A DNA stretch of 64,000 nt from Octopus sinensis (Eukaryota), in contig NC_042997.1 in the NCBI RefSeq assembly GCF_006345805.1, positions 185,504,001 through 185,568,000 on the forward strand, given 5' to 3'. The translations under genes and the position numbers were made by a program. The number at the start of each line of letters is the position of its first letter. Within the stretch, counting starts at the first letter, position 1. Of the stretch, positions 12,263 through 26,744 are shown piece after piece. A model generated the notes under the pieces. It was not told the origin of the DNA. It ran no database searches and worked only from the letters and a program-made list of their open reading frames with translations.

Positions 12263-13089
12263 CATATGTACACATACACACACAAATGCACAGACACACA
12301 CATATATTGAGAGAGAAGGAGAGGAACTAGAATGACGCAAGTAGATTGATGTTTCTTTGTTGCAAATGTTATAGAAATCCAGTGAGCAATGAATGCAATA
12401 TTTCTTAAACAATGGCATTGCATAAGAATTTTTCATTAGTCTTCCATGTAAATTCCTTAATGCTCGTAGTCATTGAAATTATATTAATTGGTGGCGTGAG
12501 GATATTGTGATGACCTCTCAATCAACTTTGCTACGAAAGTATCTGTCAACCGCATTGTGTTGGCCTCTATGGACAAACGAACCTAATTTCTACGTAAGGT
12601 TACACATTTGTTTGGCATAGGATCCTTTAGACACAAGTGACAAAATGTTTTCGAGTAGAATAGTTCTTTGACAAAATCTCGGATGGTTAAAGAATATTTA
12701 AAATATTTTATCTGTTATAATTACACATGAGACAAAAAGCTTTTATATTGTAAATCGTGTTTCCACCAAGTGCTCTACGCAAAGCATTTTATAGGAAGAA
12801 TGTTGAGAATATCCAAAAGCACTCGATGAAAATGGTTATTGTAATAAATAATCTTAAACAGAATTAGAAATTTCCATATTGTTTACGTCCAGAATTTCTT
12901 CCTGTCGATTGATACTTGCCAAACATATTACAGACCAAGTAACCGTTATGAAATGAAGTCATTATCAAAAGGTGTAGTTGTCAGTTGGATATGTCACTAA
13001 AATTGTGTTAATCAAGATTATAATAAAGAAAATATTTGAAGATTAGACCCCGGCAATACGTTAAAGGACATATTCTGATAGAAAATGTC

Positions 13090-13600
13090 AACAGCCATAT
13101 TGTATGAGACAGTTAATATAAACCAACGAACTCGAAGCATATCATCTGTTTAGCTTATACCACTAGCAACACACCAAAAGAGATATTCCCTTTAATTCAG
13201 CGAAAAGGATTTACACAATAGTGTCTGATGGAAATACTCGGGGCCTCCGTCTTCAAGGCCTTAGAACAACACTAACTGAGAAACAATATCCCCTTCACTT
13301 ATAGATAATGGAACAAAACGAGTCAAGAAAACGGGCATTAAAACATTTAGGGAAACAAAATGAAATACCACTACCCATCTCAAAATACCACCGTATATGT
13401 CAACTCACAACCATAGAAACAATGAGGCAAAAATCTACCAATGAGCATTAGGGATCCAAAAATGAACAACATTCTGAAAACATAAATTCATCACATGTAA
13501 AAAGCGACCCCAATCGCTGAAAAGAATTCTGACAAATGCGGAGCTTTACACAACAACCACGAAACCAGTGGTTAAAAAATGTTGACGCCAAAACCGTGGG
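13090..13600 (+). mobile_element. Penelope-like element RT thumb/linker remnant
   Basis: KPTNSK..., IPFNSAKRI.TIVSD...LRLQ.LRTTL.EKQYP..LIDNG.KR.K, then KMN.IL...K.K.I; resembles PLE KPTD..HP..IP.N.A.RI.TIVSD. Confidence 0.65.
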
Positions 13601-13699
13601 CCTACATTATTAGAAGCTTTCTTTATTTCCCTTTTTTCTACTACATATACACTCATATGCATGTAAATTTATATATATATATTTGTATATATAGATATA

Positions 13700-13736
<37 letters not shown>

Positions 13737-13757
13737 ATCATATATACGTATAAATAT

Positions 13758-14123
13758 TCTTTTATTCTTTATTAGTTTCAGGCATTTTACTGCGGCCATG
13801 CTGGATCACTGCCTTTAGTCGAACAATTGGACCCCAGGACTTATTCTTTGTAAGCCTAGTACTTACTCTATCGGTCTCTTTTGCCGAACCGCTAAGTTAC
13901 GGTGATGTAAACGTTCCAACATCGGTTGTCAACCGATGGTGAGGGGGACAAACACAGACAGACGGGCTTCTTTCAATTTCCGTCTACCAAATCCACTCAC
14001 AAGGCTTTGGTCGGCCCGAGGGTATAGTAGAAAGCACTTGCGCAAGATTCCACGCAGTGGGACTGAACCTGGAATCATGTGTTTGGTAAGCAAACTACTT
14101 ACCATACAGCCACTCCTGCTGCG

Positions 14124-14125
<2 letters not shown>
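13758..14125 (-). mobile_element. SINE A, near full length, lacking the internal microsatellite
   Basis: Tail to head on the minus strand; junction aaacacagacagacgggcttc without the TA/CA tract. Confidence 0.85.
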
Positions 14126-14165
<40 letters not shown>

Positions 14166-14187
14166 ATATATATTATATATATATATA

Positions 14188-14550
14188 TTCTTTTATTCTT
14201 TTGTTTCAGTCATTTGACTGCGGCCATGCTGAAGCACTGCCGTTAGTCGAACAAATCGACCCCAGCACTTTTTGTAAGCCTAGTACTTATTCTATTGGTC
14301 TCTTCTGCCGGACCGATAAGTTACGGGGACGTAAACACACCAACATCGGTTGACAAGCGATGCAGAGGGGACAAACATATATTTATATATATATGTACAT
14401 ATGTATATATACATGGGTCGTATATATGTATACGACCAGCTTCTTTTAGTGTCAGTCTACCAAATCAACTCACAAGCCTTAGTCATCCCGAAGCTATAGT
14501 AGAGATACTTACCCAAGAATCCAGAACCATGTTGTTGGGAAGCAAGCTTC
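14188..14550 (-). mobile_element. SINE A, partial
   Basis: Family A tail and decayed head. Confidence 0.8.
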
Positions 14551-14899
14551 TTATTACATATATTGAAAGTAATCTATTGACTTCACAGAGATCTCGTATA
14601 GATATAAGGATAAATATAAGACAGTGATTAGAAAAATGTTGGAGGTGACTCATTCTTGACAATCTACCAATAAATGGATTAAAAGCAAACAGAAATATTT
14701 ACGTATACGGAAGTTTAATCGACAAATGAAATTTATTATAATATACATATAAGTATGAAAATATAGATAAATACGAATAGAATTTTTAGAAATATAATGA
14801 AGACATGTATAAATATATAATTATAATAATTTCTAATATGTGACAATGACTTTTAATCAATAAATGTGTTTATGCTCATGTGTTCGTGTTCGTGTACAT

Positions 14900-15183
14900 A
14901 CACATTAGCATACACGTAAACACGCACGCACGCACGCATATACATACACACACGCACACAAAATCACGCACATGTGCACACATATGTGTATATATATATA
15001 TATATATTTATATGTATGTATGTATATATTCATGTATATATACATATGTGTATATATACATGTGTGTATATATATGTATATATATGAATATATATATATA
15101 TATATATATACTCAGATATACATATATATACACACATTCATATTTATATATATGCACACATATGTATATATACATGAATATAT

Positions 15184-15248
<65 letters not shown>

Positions 15249-16230
15249 CCTATACATATATGTGTGTGTATCTGTGTCCGTCTGTCCGTCCGTGTACATG
15301 TGTGTATGTGTGTGCGTGTTTGTGTGTGTGTGTGTGTGTGTGTTTGTGCGCGTGGGTGTGTGTATTGACGGAAGACCACGATTCAGTAAATAAAGGGAAT
15401 GCGGATCCTAAAACGAAAAATAAAGAAAACATGTCATAACTAATTGAATTATTTCAAATGCAAATACAAATACTTTCCAGTCCTTTATCAAATCTTTGAC
15501 GTATATAATTCGCACACGTGTCATTAATATCATATTGTTCGTCGACATCATCATCATCATCATTATCATCATCTTCTTCTTTTTCTTTGCCGTCATCATT
15601 ATCATTGTCGTCGTCGTCGTCACCACTACCACCACCACCACCACCACCACCACTATCACCATTATCATCATCGTTGCAATCATCATCATCGTCGTCATTA
15701 TCATCTTTACCGTTGTCATTACCGTTGTCATCTTACTACAATAAAAAAAACAACGCTATTAACATTATGATAATCAACATAATTGAAATCATCAAAATTG
15801 TCATCGTCTTCAATATTCTCATTATGTATACACACACATACATACACACACATACACACACATACACACACATATACAATTACATGTAAATATGTATATA
15901 TACATCTATATACGTATATATATATGCACACATATATACATATATACATATATACATATATACATATATACATATATATACACACATTCATATTTATATA
16001 TATGCACACATATATACATATATACATATATACATATATACATATATACATATATACATATACATACATATATATTTGTATATATATGTATATATATATA
16101 TATTGTATATATATATATATATACATATATACATATATATACACATACATACACACATAGACACACAGGCACACAGGCACATACACACACACACAAATTC
16201 ACGTATGTGTATTACATATGTTTTTAGTAT
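14900..16230. repeat. Microsatellite-rich block (TA, CA, TACA, CAT, CAC)
   Basis: Direct reading; the overlapping ORFs here are low-complexity artefacts. Confidence 0.9.
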
Positions 16231-16591
16231 TTTAAGATGCAAATTCATATGAAATTACATCCAGAATTCCTGAAATTCCACTCAGGTAACGGTTATAGGA
16301 AAATAAAAGAAAGCACCAAACATTATGGAAATAATATAGCAAACAAATAATGTAATGACGGAAGTAAAAAGTATTGAAATGAATGTGTGTTATTAGAAGG
16401 ATGTACAATTTAATAAAAGAACTTGATGGAAATAACTACAAAATGAATCCTCCGAAGATTCATTCAAGTGTTAATAAACAGTATTTACAGCTAAGAGACA
16501 CAACTCTGGTTACGGTGGGTTGTATTCTACATGAGGAATACATACGTTTTTTTTTTTGTGTGTGTGTGTATTCTTATACTTCCGTGTGTAT

Positions 16592-17275
16592 ATACAGAGA
16601 GGGTGAAAAGTACGTAGGCATATTATAGGTAATAAATAAATGAAATCGGTAATAAAATCCATATTACTTTTATAACTTTATTGAAACAAATGATACATGT
16701 TCTTTATTACCTGGAAAAATGAAAGAAAAATGGCGTCAAACAGTTTCCTCAAACAGGCAGGGGTGGAATGAATAACCTTTTGAAGGACATTGTCTGGGAG
16801 ATTATTGAGAACCTCCTGAATCCGTGTCTCTAAGTCCTTCAGTGTACGAGGATTTGTCTTGTACACTTCCTGTTTTGTGTAAACTCACAGGTAAATGTCA
16901 CGTGTAGTGAGATCTGGACCTCTTTGAGTACTGGAGTTCTGGACTTCTGCGGTCACGGTGTTCAGATTTTAGCTCCTGCACGTAATGAGGTTTCCATGGA
17001 CAAAAATTCAATTCTTTATAGAACAGGTACGTATTGTGTCTTGTTAGTCCAATTTTACGAGCTGCTTGACATGTTGATTTTTGCAGGCTGCGATTACAGC
17101 ATTTATCTCGTATGATACTTAACATGCCCTTATTCATTGTTAATGCTAAACAACAAGGCTCTCACCTGAGTTATTTCTCTGGATTCGTTTTCGTATTATT
17201 TATGCAATAATTTGTATAAATAGCCTCGGTAATCTTGGGTCATAAGTATACACTATTAACTTTTTATACCTGCTT
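16592..17275 (-). mobile_element. Internally deleted Tc1/mariner-superfamily transposon
   Basis: Minus strand WKPHYVQELK (cf. YKIQLVQEL), PDLTTRDIYL..Y.KQEVYKTNPRTLKDL (cf. SPDLTPCDFFLWGYLKSKVY); TA|CAG end at about 16591; right end uncertain. Confidence 0.7.
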
Positions 17276-17642
17276 AGGTGACTTGTTTGGCTGAAAATAA
17301 GGTAGGGGAACAGCTGCGATAACAATGCTTATTGAACCAGATACACGTATCCAAAGCTGCCAAATTGTATCCAGGCAAAAAGGCTGTTTTTCTCCAATGC
17401 AATGTGATGCTTAGAAGTTTATTGATTTTTGAGATTATCTCCCTTTTTCCTTTTGATTTCGTCCCCATTGTTAACAAGCAATTGTTTTAACTTCACTAGA
17501 AGCAGCAGCAGAGATAATTTCAGTAATTCAAAAATATAAAGTATGTGCTTTAAATATTAGCATTATCAGTGTTTGCTCATTTACGTTTCATATATGGCCG
17601 CTGTCAAATGACTGAAAAAAGTAAATGAATATCTCTCTTTTC

Positions 17643-18043
17643 TCTTTTCTCTTTTACTTGTTTCAGTCATTTGACTGCGGCCATGCTGGAGCACCGCCTT
17701 TAGTCGAGCAAATCGACCCCGGGACTTATTCTTTGTAAGCCCAGTACTTATTCTATCGGTCTCTTTTTGCCAACCGCTAAGTGACGAGGACGTAAACACA
17801 CCAGCATCGGTTGTCAAGCAATGCTAGGGGGACAAACACAGACACACAAACATATTCACACACACTTATATATATATACATATATACGACAGGCTTCTTT
17901 CAGTTTCCGTCTACCAAATCCACTCACAAGGCATTGGTCGGCCCGGGGCTATAGCAGAAGACACTTGCCCAAGATGTCACGCAGTGGGACTGAACCCGGA
18001 ACCATGAGGTTGGTTAGCAAGCTACTTACCACACAGCCACTCC
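17643..18043 (-). mobile_element. SINE A, full length
   Basis: Complete tail, CA/TA tract and head; low divergence from other copies. Confidence 0.9.
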
Positions 18044-18232
18044 ATATTAATCGAGTTTACATTATTATGTATCCATTAGGGCCGATCTTTCCAATCGATT
18101 GTTAATATCGGCTGTAATGGATATATAATACTGTACACTTCGATTAATATACCCATACAGACAGATATGCGAGAGCATTTTTCGTAACTTATAGATTTTT
18201 AGACGGCTATATATATATCGTCAGATATTTAG

Positions 18233-18660
<428 letters not shown>

Positions 18661-19366
18661 CTGTCTCTGAAACATATCTGTCTATGTGTCAGTCTGTCTG
18701 TCTATCTAAGATTTAGGTCGCACATGGTATAAGTACTACACGGCTCTGCATATATGTGTATGCATATACATATGCATACATATGCTTATATATATATATA
18801 AGTTTCTATATGTAATCGTGCTTACAATGAGTATGTGTGTGCATGTATCCATATATATGTATGCGTGCAAAATATTTGAATGTGTGTGTGAGTGTGTGTG
18901 TGTGTATGAGTGTGACTGTGTGAGCGTTGAATACAAAAGTGCTGAAGTTTCGTTATTCCCGTTGTTTATTCAGAGCCAAGATTTCTGTTTACAGTCTGTA
19001 TGTCAGTTCTCGTTAACGTACATGTAACTGCTCTTCAATACTGTGAAGTTAGATGGCAGAAGTCATCCATTTTGTTAATGGCATGCCAACACGCCACTTA
19101 CCTCTTTCTTTCCTCTCCCTCTCTTTCCCCTCTCTCTTTCTCTCTATCTCTCTAAACACCCAAACACACACATATATATACATGCATATATATATAAACA
19201 TACATACATAGAAATATGCATGTTATCTATCTCCCACTATATCTCACACGCTATATACAAATACATGTATACATACACACACACAAACATACATACACAC
19301 ACACACGCACGCCACAAAACACACACACACACACACACACACCACACACACACACACACACATACA

Positions 19367-19435
<69 letters not shown>

Positions 19436-19826
19436 ATATATATTATATAATATATATATATATACTTCCAGCTTTGTTTCCGTCCTCACAGATAAATTTT
19501 TGTTCTTTACTCTTTCAATTATTTGGTTGGGTTTCTTTCATCAGCATTTCTTATTTTATTCTCCTTCTATCACATATCAGATTCAAAAACAATTAGGTTC
19601 TCAGCCTTTTATTGTTGTTTTTCTTTCCTTTCTTACCTTTTCTGAAATTTCATTCTTACATTCGATCCCCATTTCTCACCTTAACTAGACTCTATTAAAA
19701 CAATATCTTCATTTCTTCTCTATCAAAAGCACTATTATCCATTTAGCTCCCTAATATCACAAAAGCTAGTTGTCTTTCAAATTTGCTTAATGTTAATAAG
19801 CATATATATATATATATATATATATA

Positions 19827-19888
<62 letters not shown>

Positions 19889-20056
19889 ATGGTATATATA
19901 TATATATATATATATATAATAACAGATAATGGTGCATTGAGACCCAAAGGTGTCAGGTAATGCTGAATAAGCACTATAGACAGACACTATAGTCAAGTTC
20001 CAGATTCGGTAATTTTGCGAATAAGGGGTTCAACATTGGTTCTATGTCAGCGTGTG

Positions 20057-20282
20057 TATATAAGAGTTTTTTGCGTAATGAGATTAAAAAAACAAGGCTG
20101 TGTAAGTATTAGAGCATTTATAGATAGAAGGTCTTGCAGCTGTTTCTATGATAATAATTAATTATATCCCTCCGATGAAGGGATATAATTAATTAATATC
20201 CTAGAAACACTTGTAAGACCTATTTATAAATGCTCTAATATCTACAGAGCCTTGGTTTTTTAATCTTATTACGCAAAAAACT

Positions 20283-20290
<8 letters not shown>
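20057..20290. mobile_element. Fold-back PLE-terminus-like mini-element with a decayed hammerhead motif
   Basis: Inverted arms 20057-20171 and 20179-20290; spacer is CCGATGA; same family as 34665-34790. Confidence 0.7.
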
Positions 20291-20318
<28 letters not shown>

Positions 20319-20689
20319 CATACATACATACATACATACATGCATACATACTTACATATATAGAGGCATATATGCATATGTTGATACATACATATTTTGC
20401 ATATATACATGATGATATATATATATATATATATATCTATATATATATATATTCTACATTGTCCTATCTTTTCATTCCGTTCTTTATGTCCGCTCACTTA
20501 TCCCAGCAGCGTTTTATTATTGCACACACCAATATGAAGAACTATATTGGTGATGGCGCGAAATTCAAATTTTTGGTTGACGACCATGTTCAAATCTTTT
20601 GGTCTTTTGTGTGTTTTTCCCCCTTGTTGCCCTTCTGTGCAACATTTTACTGTTGTATACATACATGCTCCAGTTCATTCAGCCTTAGT

Positions 20690-20885
20690 AATGAGTTGTG
20701 ACATCGCTGGTGCCAAGCTGTATCAGCCTTTGCATTTCTCGTGGAGAGCGAAGGCTGGTATGTATGGGCGGCTGCTGGTTTTCTATTAACAACGCTTCCC
20801 AGACTTGTGCCTCGGAGAGGAACATTCTAAGTGTAATCCCATGGTCATTCATGACCGAAGGGGATCTTTACCTTTTTACGTTTAC
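20690..20885 (+). mobile_element. 3' body of a SINE C long variant
   Basis: ggtgccaagctgtatc...ccatggtcattcatgaccgaagggg matches 35160-35360. Confidence 0.7.
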
Positions 20886-20902
20886 GCTCATGCCCAATCA
20901 AC

Positions 20903-20963
<61 letters not shown>

Positions 20964-21400
20964 GATATATATATATATATATATATAATAGAAATAGTTA
21001 CGAAAAGAAAATATAAAATACACGTGGAAATGTAAGGGTAAAATATGAAAATCAACGAAAATGCATATTGCAATAGAAAAAGGCTATTTATGAACAGGTA
21101 ACGACAAATATATACATTTAGATTGACTGAGATAGTAATACGAGTCATAAAAGTCATTATTATGAGATGATTATAAGATGATAATAGAGTAAGAGAACAA
21201 AACGAACCAATAGTTTACGCAAAGCTATTCATCGTTTGAACAACACCGGTTAATACACGGTGTCCGTGTGTGTATGTGTGTATGTATAAGTGTATGTGTG
21301 TATATGTATGTATTTATGTATGTATAAAAATTTGTATATATGTATGTATCTATCTACCTCTCTCTTTATCTATCCATATGTGTGTGTGCTTGTGTATATA

Positions 21401-21880
21401 CACGAGGTATGATCAATAAGTATCTGGACTTGCCGTAGTAACGAAGATAAAGTACGCAGAGTGAAGCTGCTTGGTACAGATTGATCTTGAACGCTGCTGT
21501 GCATGCGCACTAAGTTTCTCTCATGACCAAAGGAGGCTTAGTTTTCAACATTGTCTCCCTTGTGGTTCATACTCTTCTTCCATCGGCGTTGCAGTACTTG
21601 CATCTCATTGTTGAAGATGTTTTCAATCTTGTTGGTCAAAAAAAAAAGTCATCAACGGCAAATCTGACGACGTCTTCATTGTGATACTGACTCCCAGCCA
21701 AGTAATTTTTGATGTTAGGGAACAAATGACAATCAGTTGGAGGCCAAATCAGGAGAATAAGGATGATGATCAACCAGTTCAAAACCACAGTCACACACAT
21801 CAGCTACTGAGAAGCAAGGACTTGAGTGCATTGTCCTGATGAAACAAGAAACTTATCCTCAATTTTCTTGGGTGTTTGAT
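21401..21880 (-). mobile_element. mariner transposase C-terminal remnant with terminal repeat
   Basis: Minus strand FHQDNA, GFELVDHHPYSPDL, RRWKK..NHKGDNVE; end cacgaggtatgatcaataagtatctggac; subterminal piece repeated at about 41175-41260. Confidence 0.75.
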
Positions 21881-21929
21881 CTTGATATCCATTTGCAACT
21901 GCTCCAGTAAGTGGAAACATCACAAACTC

Positions 21930-22160
21930 TTTAGTCGAGCAAATCGACCCCAGGACTTATTCTTTGTAAGCCTAGTACTTATTTTATCCGTCTCTTTTGC
22001 CGAACCGCTAAGTTACGGGGAAGTAAACACACCACCATCGGTTGTCAAGCGATGTTGAAGGGACAAACACAGACACACATACAAATGTAGACACTTGGGA
22101 CTGAACCTGGAATCATGTGGCTGGTAAGCAAGCTACTTACCACACGGCCACTCCTACGCC
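21930..22160 (-). mobile_element. SINE A, internally deleted
   Basis: Family A tail fused to a head piece. Confidence 0.75.
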
Positions 22161-22190
<30 letters not shown>

Positions 22191-22192
<2 letters not shown>

Positions 22193-22520
22193 AGGCGCGT
22201 GGCTTAGTGGTTAAGGTAATCGGCTCACGATCGCAAGGTCGTGAGTTCGATTCCAGGCGGTGCGTTGTAACTTTGAGCAAGATCCTTTATTTTATGTTGA
22301 TGCAGTTCACTCAGCTAGTAAAAAATGTATTGTACTTGGAATTGAAAAAGCCAGCTTTGTCACATCCTGTGTCGAGCTGAGGCTCCCAAAGAACTAAGTT
22401 AAACTAACGCGAGTCTGTGGAGGGCTCAGCCACATTCATGTTAATTTCGTGAGAAGGCTGTCCTGTTGATCAAATAAATTGGAACACACATCATCGTAAG
22501 CGACGAAGTGCCTCTTCATC
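22191..22520 (+). mobile_element. SINE C-type head with a distinct long tail
   Basis: ggcgcgtggcttagtggttaagg...gagttcgattccagg, tttgagcaagatcctttatttt. Confidence 0.7.
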
Positions 22521-23769
22521 GATCTACAATGCCAATGGTTCGTTAAGGCAGACGTCTGGCTATACATCACAACAATCAAGATTTATCCTGTTTATAACAT
22601 AATATATGCAGGTTAATTAACTTGCAACAATTCAAAGAATGTGCCTGTCTGTGTATGAGTGCGTGGGGGTGTTTGAGAGAGAATGTGTGTTAAAACATGA
22701 TATTAATTACAAAGAAAGATGCATGTTCTGTAGAAACTAATTTGTATTATGTTGTATCTCAGGAGGATTATTTACAAAGAATGTGTTAGGACTTTCGTAA
22801 GGAGGGAAGTATACATTACAGGCAGAATTTAACGGAACTAAAAGTACGGTCGAGCTAAGTACGCCACATGAGAAAGATATCAAAATATGGCTGAAAGGCA
22901 AGAGCATTCGTTCTCTTCCAATATATATATATATATATATATATTATATTATTATTATTATTATTATTATTATTTATATTATATGACTGAACGCCACGCA
23001 TCCTCTTTTATCTTAACAATTCTGATGCGTACTCTACTATCTTTTTACTCTTTCGTTTTTTCTCTCTTCCTTTCTCCCTTTCTCCCCTCCGGTTTTTTCT
23101 CACTTATCCTATCTACAACTTTATACTTTCCCCTTCATAGTTCGCTATCTCTCACTTTCTCCCTCACTCTTCCTCCCTTGGTCACGTGGCTCCCACGTGA
23201 CCATCCGCCATCTTTCTTCTCCTAACTTGTGTTTCTTTCTCTTCGTTGTAGCTGGATCAAAGAAGACGTGTTTCTGTCTGTCTCCTATCCCAGCTTGATT
23301 TACGCGTTCGCCACCACAACCACGTTTAGGCTTAGTAGCCTTTCCTGTTTATTTTCACTGTCCTCTTTGTATTACCAATTTTGATCCTCTGCAAAATCCC
23401 AAATTGCGGGTGCAACTGTTTTATCGAAAACGTATCTTGTTGTTAAATGCTCGAAATACGAGAGTAGAAAAACAGCCAACAACTTATGAAAGGTCGGTTT
23501 CTGTGTTGTTTGTCTTTGATTCCATTTGTCCCTTTCGTTGTTCGAAAAAATAGTTCATATTCCATGTACTCGTACTTCGTATTTTTTGTTGTACATGTGA
23601 CGTCCTGTGCCCACATATGCATATATATAATATATATATATATATTATATATATATAGTAGATATGTAATATATATATGCATCATAATATATATATATGT
23701 ATATATGTATATATATATGCATACATATATATACATTATATATACATATATATATATGTATATATATAG

Positions 23770-23803
<34 letters not shown>

Positions 23804-24267
23804 CTATATATATATATATTATATATATATATATGTAAATATATGTTTTTACAATTTAAAAATAGGATAACGGAGTATATTCAGTACTAATTTTTATTCG
23901 AATAAACACGTCGTACCGAGATGCAATTCGAAAAAGCCCGCCTTTTACATAGATGTATAAATGATGAACATTTCTATATGCTACGGTGGATACATTGGTT
24001 GTTCGTCTATTGATTTTTGTTCATTCGTTATAAATCTTGAATTATACTTACACTGAAGATTAAAAAGTGCATTTCTGCATTAATTATGAAATCATGTGAT
24101 TTGCAGCTGAATTCTGTTTTTAAAGGACTCGCTTCGAGAGTTGCATTCCCTCGCATTCGATACGATGTGTTTGTTTATTTTGGTAGTTTTGACTTTAAGT
24201 GTCCCTCCTAGCGTGTGACATTTATCTATAGTAATGCCTCAATATATATATATATATAATATATATA

Positions 24268-24310
<43 letters not shown>

Positions 24311-25032
24311 ATTAAGAAAATAACCTCTCTGTTAAGCTTCATAGTGAAAGACATTATCCATGTTAAAATGAAAAATTAAATATACTATAATAAATATTAT
24401 TCAAAAAAATCAATAGATTAAATAAACATTAAATTATATTCCCTACTATTAAATATATAGACACACACACGAGTGAGTAGATAATCAAAAGGAGAAAGGC
24501 ACTCAATACATTTATTAGGACTTATATGTATTATTGAACACTCTATGCAACTTAAAGTTTAAAGTTTCGCGGGACTCTGAAAAGGCGGGCTTATGTTTGA
24601 GGTCCATAAAGCTTTCAATCGCACGGAGCCGAATCGAACTGTTTTAAATAATATGTGTGTGTGCGTGTGTTTGTTTGCGTGTGTGTGTGTGTGTGTGTAC
24701 ATGTGACTGTGTCTGTGTGTGTGCGTGTGTACAAGTGCGTGTGAGTCCATGTGACCATGGCCGCGCGCGCATGTTTGTGTGTGTGTGCGCGCGCGCAAGC
24801 CTTGAATTTTCGTGATTCAGTTAGTCCGCTTCCCGACTGAAGATTAGAGGCTTCGATTGTCCCGTCTGTTTTCTTGTGTCGTCTCTTTGTGTGTTTTTTG
24901 CGTTCTTGTCCCACTTTGTAATTTATAATTATATTTAATTTCTATAATATATATATATATAATATATATATTATTATATATATATATATATAGATATATA
25001 CATATATCTATATATATATACATATATATATA

Positions 25033-25415
25033 TTCAAAGTTACCCCAACCGCAGAACGGGGCTCCACCTTCATGGTGCCAAAGATTCCAACATCACCATC
25101 AAAATACAGGACCAGATACTGCAACAGCTTGGGTTTCAGAGGACACAGCTCTTTAACATCCTCCCTAAATGCCTTAGAGACTTACATGGTGTGGATGTGG
25201 GTTTCTTTAAAACTAAACTGGACCTCTTCTTGTCAGGAGTCCCAGATGAACTTACCTCACGACAAGAGACGCAGATGCGGGCAGCAGCATCGAACTCCCT
25301 TGTTGATCAAGTGCCACGTATCAGAGATGGATTCAAATATTAGTGTAGCTCATTCAGCGGTGGTGCCCCAGCATAGCCGCGGCCTTCGGGCTAAAACATT
25401 TTTAAGGATTTAAGG

Positions 25416-25420
<5 letters not shown>
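25033..25420 (+). mobile_element. 5'-truncated CR1-group LINE 3' end (Crack/L2-like), set in (TA)n
   Basis: With frameshift: KYRTRYCNSLGFRG.QLFNILPKCLRDLHGVDVGFFKTKLDLFLSGVPDE...AAASNSLVDQ; short ttaagga tandem tail. Confidence 0.75.
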
Positions 25421-25484
<64 letters not shown>

Positions 25485-25917
25485 AAATAGTACTACTATA
25501 TAAATAGAAAATAAACTTTCCAGTGGCTAACTTTTGAATAAGGTGAAAAAAGCAGTTCAATAGCTATCACTTAATAAAATCATACACCCCTAAGTCTAAA
25601 GCTTTAAAATCTAACACATGGTTGACTATTATAACCTATAGTCAGTTTTTCCGTTTCTTTTAATGACTTTCCATGGCGTCAGAAAAAGGCGTGGCAAATT
25701 CAGACGGAATGAACAGCGGTTTACGGCTACTTGGCTCAAGACAGTCTTCATAAAACTGGTAGAGAGGGAAACGTATGAAAAAAGAGGCCTTATAAGATTA
25801 AATGACATAGAATGTTATCTATCTATCAGTCTTTCTGTCCGTCGGTCTATCTTTCTATCTATTTATCTATATCTAGATGTATATATATATATTCATATAT
25901 ATATACTTCAGACGGAC

Positions 25918-25982
<65 letters not shown>

Positions 25983-25990
25983 TTTACACA

Positions 25991-26063
<73 letters not shown>

Positions 26064-26205
26064 CTATATATATATACATACACATACACATTCCTTTGTC
26101 TGTATATATAGGTGAATAGATTGGTGTATGTGCATATGTTTATATATGTAAGCGTTTATGAGTGTGCATGTGTGTGCGTGTGAGTTCGTGTGTGTGTATG
26201 TGTGC

Positions 26206-26259
<54 letters not shown>

Positions 26260-26744
26260 TGTTTATATTTTTGCGCACTTTCATTTCGTTCTTTCTGTCG
26301 TGACATGCAGGAATTGGATTGTTTGTCTTGTATCGGCACATTTCACAGTTGAGTAGAATAGTTAATACGATATCAGTGTAATAAAGATAATTATCATCAT
26401 CATCATCATCATCAATAACAACAACAACAACAACAACAGCAACAAATGCAGCAACAACAATGATAACAGCTGCAACAAAGTAACACCGGCAACAGCCAAA
26501 ATTTTGTAGAGTAACGCGCAAAATATGCATGACGGTTTCGATTTACATCTAAGTCCGTGTAAGATTTCTGTCTTTGTTTCTTCTGGGATTGATAATATAT
26601 TACTGCTGAGATTTGGATCAATGTAGTGCCCCATCTAAACGAAGTCAGCTGTTTGTAAGAAAATCATGTAGGACAAAAGTCTCAATAAGGTTTGTTGTTT
26701 AATGACATGAGGCAACTCTCAGAGCCGTGGTAGAAAATTTTGTC

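Noticed and set aside
12380-12900. Possible mariner relic on the minus strand
   Set aside because: Only faint motif echoes; could not build a collinear translation
21833-21860. CTGATGA...GAAA
   Set aside because: Antisense of the mariner FHQD codons; no helices
24320-24365. ctgttaagcttcatagtgaaag as a hammerhead-like motif beside TA
   Set aside because: Too many core and helix deviations to support
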